NCBI RefSeq assembly: GCF_009914755.1
Contig: NC_060928.1
DNA length: 64,000 bases
Source of the DNA: the human T2T-CHM13v2.0 reference genome, Homo sapiens
Strand: one strand, 5' to 3'
Below, in pieces: positions 53,689 to 64,000 of the stretch; positions within the stretch are counted from its first letter, which is position 1; each line of letters starts with the position of its first letter. A program made the position numbers and the translations under genes. Under the pieces are notes generated by a model, which saw only the letters and a list, made by a program, of their open reading frames with translations, did no database searches and was not told the DNA's origin.

Positions 53689-56554
53689 TAACTTTCACAA
53701 ATACATGTTATGATATTAAATCCTATTGACATATAACGAAAGGTAACTCCATTGGTTTGTACTTGGTAATAACACATTTTGAATGTACACTTTTTTGAGT
53801 CTAAGCCTGAGAGCATCTCCTTTTATTACCTTCAACTGCGGAAATACTACTGGACTTCTCTACTGTTGCTTTCCTCTTTTTCAGTCTCTGTTTTACTAGT
53901 TACTGTACTAGGGCCTTTGGGAGGTTATAATAAATGTATTTGTTTGTTTGTTTAGTTTCCTTGATAGCCCCTCCTTAGATGAGAATTTTTCCCTAAAAGA
54001 GTAAATCAGATAATTTGAGAAGCAGGAATAGGTAGCCTATGTTCATGAGTTTGCACCTGAACTGGGAAGAGAAAAAGGTTTGAAATAATTAATGCTGCTT
54101 CTGAATGATTTATCAAAACATGCTACTGGGGGAAAGTTTCCTTCTTTGGCAGAAGGAGAGGAAATTGGGTTTTTGTTTGCTTGGTTTTGGCTTAGATTTT
54201 ATCTTTTAGAATTGCTTTCTTCCTTCCCCACCTCTTTTTCTCTATTCCAAATCTAATAGAGCTTTCTCCTCAAACTTCCTCTAATCACAAGGGGGAGTAA
54301 TAACTAGATGCTAGGTGTACTTAACATTGTGAACTAAAGATTTACAGTGGATAGGTTTGTAAAGCTATAAACTCTAGATTCCCATAAAAGGCAAGCTATG
54401 AGCTTACCTCCTCCCCCTTTCTTTCTTCGTCTCTTGCCATCCCTACTCTACCCTCTCCTCTCTTTCATATTTTGCAAAAATAAAAGCAACAATGAATATC
54501 CTAGTTCAAACCTTAAACATTTGAAAATCCAAGGAAAGAAAATCCTTAGGCATAACTGAAAATTGTTGATCGCTACCAGGTTATTCCAATAAGCTGGAGG
54601 CTCACGTATTTGCATATAAATTAGGTCATTTCTTAAATTTCCATATATATTCTTAGGCCTTGCAAATAGTATCAGGTGATGTTCAAGTCCAAATTACAGT
54701 AGCTTGTACCCGGGAGGAAACTCTTGAATTTTTCTGTTCTTCACACCATTTCATCAACCGCTCATTGTAATTGACCCAAAATTTTATGTCAGCACCACAT
54801 AATTGATAGAGATTTTGAAAATGGAAGGTGAGAAAAAGGGGTTAAAGAAGGCAAAAAGATTTGTTTTGAAGAATATTTCATACCTGAGGACAAATTCTCT
54901 CTAAGGAGAAAAAGGAATACACCTGTGAGATCATTTAACCCATGAGAGAATTTCAAAATTGTAGAATGAATTTTTTTTTGTTATTGGATAAAGTAAAATA
55001 AATTACTTATCATGAGAAAAAATAATTTCCACTGCTGAATGCCCATAAGAATACTAAATCGTCTGTACTTGGCTGGAGTTTTCTTGAAAGTTTCGAGTTC
55101 CTTGCTGTCTAGACTTTACTCTTGTGTGTGCACACATTGTTATTATAATACATACTTGTCCTGGGGGTAGGATGAAGGCATGAGAAAAGGCCAGCATGGA
55201 TGGAGATAAATGACCGAAATTTGGCTTTAGCTGTCCTTAGTAAGAGCCAGCAGGGTTGACACCATGGGTATTTTGCAATCATTTGTTTAATTAGCTGAAT
55301 CTCCTAAGGGAAAATTATATGAAATGGCAAACTCTCAAAGCCTAATTTAAATCTGCTTTTTTTTAAATGTACAACAGAATTTCATAACACAGAGATGTTA
55401 AAAAGGCACTAGTGAATAAATTCTATACAGTTAAAACATTTTAATACCAAAAGCAATAAACTACAGAGAAAAGTGAAAATAAATTAGGTCAAAATATTAT
55501 ACACATGACAGAACTGAGGTAAATATTTGCAGGTGGCTAAGAAAATTATACTTTGGGTGGGAGAATTTTTCCTTACACACCTTCTATTTTCTCTCATTTT
55601 TGTTTCCTGTAGATTTTTCTACATAGATAAGTATATGATCAAGTTTACATTATCTTCTGACTAATAAATTTTTTAGCGTACAAGATATTTAATTATTTTG
55701 GAGTAATTAAAGGGACTAATCTAAAAGGACTAAATTCTTCATCATTCTGCTTTGGGGCATTCTTAGTTTAGATCTAGGTAGCTGGCTGATTGAAAGCCAG
55801 TGAGCTTGGTTTTCTTCTGCATTGGGGTACAAACACAAAGACAGCTGTGGACTGTGAATTATCTTCCCCTGGTAGAAAAAAAGCATCTGGCTGAAACACC
55901 ATCTTCTCAGGTGTTTTTCCTTAAAAAAAATCGACTATGTCACTAAGAAAATCAGAATCTTATTAATGTATTGATTCCAGATGAATAAAGTCCATCAGGT
56001 TTGTTGCAATCCTAACGCTAGAGGGTAAATTCACCTGAAAGCGGTTTGTGTTTTGTAAGAAGCTGCATCATTTGCTGTTTTTGGTGGATGATAATTTTAG
56101 TATAATTTCATTGAAAAGATCAACTCAATGAAGACTTCTAGTCGTGAATGCATATAGTCTACACTGAAGATGATAGTGTCTATATTGGAAATTGGAAACA
56201 GGTGTTTCAGCACTGGTTCTTTAAGGGCTGTTACAAATTGCTTTCAGTAGTAGGCTATGAGGAAACACATGTAAGAAGAGAAAAAGAGCAACTTATGATT
56301 CTTGCAATTATTACCTCCTGTATACTGGTATTGAGAGATTCAACTGAAAAAAAAGGAGTAAAGAGCACCAAGGATTAAGTCTTTCAAAATGTGGGTCTTT
56401 GTTGGAAAGGTATGATAGAAGAAAGACAGACAGAGAGACTGATTCACTCCTCATACTATAAAACTTCTTTAATTTCCTTCACTCTCAGAAATTGGGTAAT
56501 GGTGATGTCATTTCTAAGTTTATGGATATAAACTTATAGATATGCAAAAACCAA

Positions 56555-56990
56555 TGTAGGAGAGGCTGATAATGTCCACCAATATACTTTCCCTTTCTTC
56601 TGCAGTGTTAGAACCTCCTGTTTTTGGCTGGACACTTAACTTCTGAGAATAAAGATGTTTTCCAACTTTTTCTAGCAGCTAGGTGTGTCTTGGCCAATAA
56701 CATTATAAATAATGCTGGTGTGTGCAACTTCCAGGAAGTGTTATTGAATGAAGGTCTCATTCTCTTTCCCTTTTCTATCCTTCCTGTTGGCTGATACAAT
56801 ATGCAAGAGGAGCCATTGTGGATCACAAAGTAGACTCTATGAAGGCAAAACTAAGAGCATGATAAAAAGATGGCTGCTTTTGTACCAGCTCTGGAAACCT
56901 GTTTTTTCCTCGAAAGAGAAAAAAAATTATCCTTTTAATAAGTCATTGTTATTTTGGATTTTCTGTCACTAACAGACCTAATCCTATTAT
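56555..56990 (+). mobile_element. MLT1J/K-like LTR
   Basis: GCAGCTAGGTGTG...TGTGCAACTTCCAGGAAGTG...TTCCTGTTGGCTG...AAGTCATTGTTATTTTGGATTTTCTGT. Confidence 0.65.
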
Positions 56991-57025
56991 AATTTGCCTA
57001 AGATCCAATAAAGATTTCACTAGTA

Positions 57026-57348
<323 letters not shown>

Positions 57349-57530
57349 TCAACGTCACATTCACAGGGGTCTTGCCTGCTCAAAAATGCATAAAAATTTT
57401 GGAAATCGTATATTTTGTGTTTTCTGTTTTATCTTTGCTTCCTATTTGTTTTTTTCTTTCTATACTGGTCTTACCAGAATATAGTGGCTGCTAACAGTAT
57501 AACAAAAATAGCAGTCAAAAAAGGGTTTCA

Positions 57531-58054
<524 letters not shown>

Positions 58055-58599
58055 TCATCTTTTCTTTGTCTTTTTCCAACAGACTCAAGCTACTTTCACT
58101 GCTTTTGGACTGCTTCCTTCTTCTTTGACCAGCTCCCTCACTCCCTTCTGCTACTGTGTATTTATGTCTCTCTAACACTGAACTATACACTGCACAATTA
58201 TTCTTCACATGTCAGTTAAAAACAGCAGAACCATTAGTTCCTACATGACTAGTGGGTATATGGTATCTACCCACTCAATATTAAGAAAGAAAATAGAAGA
58301 GAAAGTGGGAAAGATGGAAGGACTTTTTCTTAAAGTAAGCCAGCTTTCCTGTTTATATTCACTTTTAGAATCTTATGTGGCTAGGTGTAGTCATCAAATA
58401 CGTTTCTAATCTGTTTGATAATCTTTATTACAATATTTTTGTTTTCAAAGTCTGTTTGCATTTTAATTTTCTTTGATTCACAAAATGTTTTGGAATGCCC
58501 CCTCACCTTTTCTTTTGGGGACAATCTCTTATATTGTCCAAAATATTAGAGAAACATGAAAAAGCTATGCAGATTTCCCATTATCTTTTTCTCTTCTTC

Positions 58600-58965
58600 T
58601 CTTTTTGCTTTATTTTTATTTTTATCTTTTTATTTATTAATTAACTGTTTTGTAATTTTTATTTTTTGAGACAGGACCTTGCTCTGTCACCTGGGCTGGG
58701 AGTACAGTGGCATGATCATGGCGCACTGCACCCTCACACTCCTGGGCTCAAGCCATCCTTACACCTCAGCCTCCTGATTAGCTAGGACTACAGGTGCATG
58801 CCACCATGCTTACCTAAGTTTAATTTTTTTCTTTTTTTTTTTTTTGCAGAGACAGCAGTCTTACTATGTTGCCCAGGCAGGCCCTGAAGTCCTGGGCTCA
58901 CGTTACCCTCCCTCCTGGGCCTCCGAGAGTGCTGAGATTATAGGTGTAAGCCACAGCACCCAGCC
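58600..58965 (-). mobile_element. AluJ with long degenerate T tail
   Basis: ATCATGGCGCACTGCAC...CTCCTGGGCTCAAGCCATCCT. Confidence 0.9.
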
Positions 58966-59332
58966 TCCCTCTCTTTTATTAACAATTATATAGTTCTCTA
59001 CTAAGTTTTATTTGATGTCCCAGAATTTGCTCAGTGGTATTATTAACGCTTAATGACAGAAATAAATGGCTTTAGTGAGAGACATGGCCATCTGGAGAAA
59101 AATCAGAAATTAATAGGAATATACTGATACACTTAAAATTGGACAATGCAGATGTTTATATCATTTGATGTAAACCAATTCCTACTAGCAATTGCTTACT
59201 AGTACCATTCCTATTAACGTGTAGTATTTAGTAGAATTTTATACCATTTATTGGCATAACATTCTGTTATCAGCAATTCCTTCATTTGTTCATTGCAAAT
59301 GTTTATATTTATGCAAATTAAAGTCCTTTCTT

Positions 59333-59630
<298 letters not shown>

Positions 59631-59916
59631 TTCATAAAGTACTTTTTATTAAAAAGTTACACATATTCATGTAGAACATACTAAAGAAAGTGAATAAAAT
59701 AAAAAAATTTTCAATTGCCTACTTTCCACAGGTTATCAATATTACCATCTGCATTTACAGCCATCTAGCCTTCTGTTAATGTTCATGCAGGTAATCCTAC
59801 GGTGCATTCTGTTTTGCAAGCTTTTTTATTATTTCAAAATAGGTCATTAAAAAACCTTCCACATAAATATTTTTCTATAATATCATTGATGTTCATGTAG
59901 CATTTAATTTGTGTGG

Positions 59917-60248
59917 TATGTTAGTCTGTTCTTGCTTTGCTCTAAAGAAATACCTGAGACTGGGTAATTTATAAAGAAAAGAGGTTTAATTGGCTCACAA
60001 TTCTGCAGGTTGTACAGGAAACATGGTGCTGGCATCTGCTTGGCTTCTAGGGAGGCCTCAGGAAACTTACAATCATGGCGAAGGTGAAGGGGGAGCAGGC
60101 ATGTCACATGGTGAAAGCAGGAGTGAGCAAGCAAGGTGGGGTGGGGCGGGAAGAAGGAGAGGTGCCACATGCTTTCAAATGACGAGATCTCATAAGAACT
60201 CATCATCACAACGACAGCACCAAGCCGTGAGGGATATTTTATATATTA

Positions 60249-60280
<32 letters not shown>

Positions 60281-60412
60281 TATATATGTATATATATATA
60301 TTAGAGGGGCAGATCCATGACCCAAACAACTCCTCACTGGGCCCTGCCTCCAGCATTGGGGATTACAATTCAACATGAGATTTGGATGGGGACAAATATC
60401 CAAAGTATATCA
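59917..60412 (-). mobile_element. MSTB-like solo LTR carrying a ~79-bp foreign insert
   Basis: TTAGTCTGTTCTTGC...GAAATACCTGAGACTGGGTAATTTATAAAG...GGACAAATATCCAAAGTATATCA; TSD TGTGG / TATGG. Confidence 0.92.
60249..60301. repeat. (TG)n(TA)n microsatellite inside the MST LTR
   Basis: Read directly from the sequence. Confidence 0.95.
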
Positions 60413-60873
60413 TATGGGTATTAGATAACATATTCAACTATTCATATTATGGTTTATTTTGGACAATTCTAATTAGTTCATATTAATAGCACTACAGTAA
60501 GTATCTTTATAAATCATGTGGTTATATTTTTGTACGTATTCATGATTGTATCCTTAAGACTGAATTCCTAGGTATGAAATTTCCAAAGTAAAGGATAAGC
60601 AAAGTGCTAACTTGAATAAATTCACTGACAATTGCCCTGCAGAAGAAGTATTATACCAAGTTACAGATCAAGCAGCAGTGTATGGGGGAGGAGGGCTTTC
60701 CCCAAAACCACACCAAATCTATAGTGCCATTTTAAAAAATGTCTGCAAACCTAAGGGGCAGGGTATGTGTGTACTACATGAAGGTAGATATACTTTTCTG
60801 TGAAGAATCCTTAAACTTTTATCATAGGAGCCTGTTGTTTAGAAGTCCCAAATGAGAAATTATAGTACATTAA

Positions 60874-61391
60874 GTGTGTGTGTGTGTATATATATATAAT
60901 ATATAATATATTATATATATAATATAAAATATATTATATATAATATAAAATATATTATATATATAATATAAAATATATTATATATATAATATAAAATATA
61001 TTATATATATAATATAAAATATATTATATATATAATATAAAATATATTATATATATAATATAAAATATATATATAATACAAAATATATTATATATAATAC
61101 AAAATATATATATAATACAAAATATATTATATATATAATATAAAATATATTATATATAATATAAAATATATTATATATATAATATAAAATATATTATATA
61201 TATAATATAAAATATATTATATATATAATATAAAATATATTATATATATAATATAAAATATATTATATATATAATATAAAATATATTATATATATAATAT
61301 AAAATATATTATATATATAATATAAAATATATTATATATAATATAAAATATATTATATATAATATAAAATATATTATATAATATATATATT
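60874..61391. repeat. (TG)n followed by an AT-rich minisatellite, 23-bp unit TAATATAAAATATATTATATATA, about 22 copies
   Basis: Read directly; includes 21-bp variants and three TAATACAAAA variants; no G between 60887 and 61391. Confidence 0.95.
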
Positions 61392-61490
61392 AGAGGAGCA
61401 GACTTTTAAAATCATGTATCACAAATTTTATCATATGAACTGGTTTCAATTTTGCTTTGTAAACGTAATAGTTCTAATTCTGAAGCCATG

Positions 61491-61916
61491 TGCATTAGTT
61501 TCCAAGGCTGCTGTAACACATCATTACAAATTTATCCTTTTACAGCACTGAAGGCTTAAAGTCCAAAATCACAGCATTGGTTGGGCCATGTTCCCTCTGA
61601 AGCCTCTAGGGTAGGATCCTTCTTTACCTCTTCCAGTGTCTTGTAACCCCAAGAAGTCCTTGCTTGTGACAACATAACTCCAGTTGTCTCTGTCTTCGCA
61701 AGTCCCTCTTTCCTCTGTATGTCTGTCTCTGTGTCCTTTCTTTTCTTATAAGGAAACCAGTCACAATAGATTAAGGGCCCACCCCACTCCAGTATGACCT
61801 CATCTTAATTGAATTACATCTACGAAGACCATGTTTCCAAATAAGGTCACATTCACAGGTACCAGGGGTTAGGACTTCAATGTATCTTTTTGAGGGACAC
61901 AATTCAACCCATATCA
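61491..61916 (-). mobile_element. MLT1B/C solo LTR
   Basis: TGCATTAGTTTCCAAGGCTGCTGTAAC...CAGTATGACCTCATCTTAA...GGACACAATTCAACCCATATCA; TSD CCATG / CCCTG. Confidence 0.9.
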
Positions 61917-63419
61917 CCCTGTATTCTAAATTTTATCCAAGAGACTATTGTCTAATTCTGGTAATAAGACAATAATATTTCTTACTTCTGGGTTAATAAT
62001 TTTAGTATTATTGACTCATGCAAGGATAAATTAAATGATCAAACTTTCTAAAGGCTTAATTAGCTTCCTATGGCTACGATCTGTTCCAGAGGTTCTCCTG
62101 TGTATAAATAATATCCTAATTAAAATACACTGAGGATTTTCTAAGATTTGCTACTGATGTCACAAGTGTCTAGATCATGACAGAGGCAGTGAAGAAAGCT
62201 CCAACCCATTCAGCTCTCTGTCCATAGCAGCATTCAGAGAAGTACTTTATGAAGCTAAAGTTAGTTCGTAACTGAATCAACTCCCATAAATAGGAAGTGT
62301 ATACATTTTAGCAAGTTATAAGTTATACACAGTGAAGTTATGATAGCAGTAACCAGCATCCTAATGAAATGCCTCAGCCACTGTTGGAAAATAATTGTTC
62401 CTCTAAAATGGTCTGGATTCCTTTTTTCTCCACTTTGTCTAAGTTCTATCGATCCTTTGCTCTATTTGAAATTGTTCTTTTCTCACCATAACCTTTACCA
62501 CAATGTCACTTTCTTTTATTAGGACTCTTATTACTCTTTGTAAAAGTCACAAAGAAAGAGATCCTGAAATTGCAGTTTAAGTCCAATGATTTTTAGCAGT
62601 GCATTACCAATGAAGTATTGTTTCCTTAGGGCACAAAATCTAAATGCTGTCTGTTTTCCTTACTACACAGCCTCACTTAGCACTAAAGCTCTGTATCATT
62701 AGGATGGATTCCAATATGTGTTTTCTGCATTGTTTTGAAGAGAGGAATATTTTTATATTTTTTTTTTGTGGAATATGATTCAAAAACTGGATCCATTTTC
62801 TCCCATTGAGCCCAAGCAGGCGTATCTTGACTCTTTCTATGTAACTCTATTAAACATCCTTCTCTGCAGCATTTTTGGGACTGTAATCCATTTTACATAT
62901 AAACTATGTGGAGCATTTAGAAACAGTTCTGTGTGTTCTGTTTGTAGTGTCTGATTTTAATTATCTTTAGGTTAAATTTCCAATTCTTTCTTACAAATAT
63001 TATGCTCGTTTAATATCTAAATGCCAGCTGTGACTTTATTTCTTACAAACAAAGAGAAAATGCAATCAACATAACCAAACCCATTTAGTTTATTTCTAAT
63101 TTGAGGAGACCTTAAAATGTTTTCATATTCCAGTAAACATTGCCATGGGTATTTTAGGTATAAACACATTACATGTAAACAGAACGCTTTTGCCAAACAG
63201 ATTGACTTGAAGAATATTCACTTGAATTATGACATAATGTAGCACTGTCAGGCAGATTTGAGGCATTGTTAAGACAGTCTTCTAAGAAATGTTATTTTGC
63301 TAGTTTTGACCACTGTGAACATCAGGATCTTCATTCCTAATAAATATATGTGGTTCCCTAATACAGGTCTTGACACAAACAGTGCTTTAACTAAGAACGT
63401 TGTGATGGTCAATCTACAT

Positions 63420-63569
63420 TTTCTAATATTTACTGAGCACATACCATGGGTATATGCATTGTGCTAAGCATCTTATGCTACTTATCTCCTTTTATCTTCA
63501 TGAAAGTTCTGTGTTATTATTTTTCTCCAATTTATAGGTATAGACACTGAATCTTAGAGAAATTAAATA
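63420..63569 (-). mobile_element. MIR
   Basis: ATTTACTGAGCACATACCATG...GTGCTAAGC...CCAATTTATAGGTATAGACACTGA. Confidence 0.7.
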
Positions 63570-63622
63570 TCGGTTGGTGCAAAACAATTGCAGTTTTGCC
63601 AATGGCTTTTGCACCAACCTAA
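63570..63622. mobile_element. MADE1 (Hsmar1-derived MITE), internally deleted
   Basis: Inverted termini GGTTGGTGCAAAA / TTTTGCACCAACCTAA. Confidence 0.9.
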
Positions 63623-64000
63623 TGTGTAATAACTAGCTTCTTGCTCTAATTTTAAATGCTATTATTCAGCTTACCAATAACTACTATTAGTAAACTATAA
63701 AGAATAGAATGGGCTCTGATATCAGACTTTCACTTCTCTTACCATTCTTAGTGAAATGACAAATTTAACTTGAGTAACCAAGTGAATAGTCCTGATCTAT
63801 TTTAGCTCCTGTGTCTAATTTCTGTAGGCCAAAGAGCTCAAGACAATGCAGGAAAATGGTATTGTTTATGACATATAAAACGACAGCATAAAAACATTAT
63901 TCTCTGGGATCTTTTCTAAACAGCATTTTCTTTGCAGCATTGTAAACTTAAAATTGATATTCTATTTCGGCAGGGCTATTACTCCTTAATAATAGCTATC

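Larger units (their letters stand above)
59640..60760 (-). mobile_element. Ancient L1ME-like 3' region split by an MST LTR
   Basis: ATTCTGTTTTGCAAGCTTTTTT...; TCCTTAAGACTGAATTCCTAGGTATGAAATT...CAATTGCCCTGCAGAA. Confidence 0.6.

Noticed and set aside
59127-59153. Weak similarity to the U6 snRNA 5' region (TAAAATTGGA)
   Set aside because: The match is short and gapped, does not extend, and has no TSD or A tail.
60887-61391. Palindromic repeats with spacers, superficially CRISPR-like
   Set aside because: The spacers are invariant AAA, there are no unique spacers or cas genes, and the context is primate.

Overview
This is primate (probably human) nuclear DNA. It is AT-rich, non-coding and either intronic or intergenic. 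I found no protein-coding exon, RNA gene, CpG island, CRISPR array or prokaryotic system that I can support. The listed ORFs are mostly translations of Alu, THE1, MER52, L1 or low-complexity sequence, and the rest resemble no protein I recognise. The window contains about 20 Alus (J, S and Y types), a full-length THE1 (MaLR) provirus carrying two Alus, a MER52/THE1/MST composite, an LTR8 ERV remnant interrupted by L1PA, several solo LTRs, L1/L2/MIR fragments, DNA-transposon relics (Tigger-like, MER58, Charlie-like, MADE1) and simple repeats. Repeat subfamily names come from recalled consensus sequences, not from a RepeatMasker run. I did not find a new biological system. The most interesting signals are traces of mutational mechanisms: (1) a ~500-bp AT minisatellite built from perfect 20-bp palindromes with AAA spacers, (2) an apparent templated copy of that locus inserted into a nearby MST LTR, (3) a solo poly(A) insertion with a perfect 14-bp target-site duplication (TSD), and (4) an antisense Alu nested in the linker of a sense Alu.
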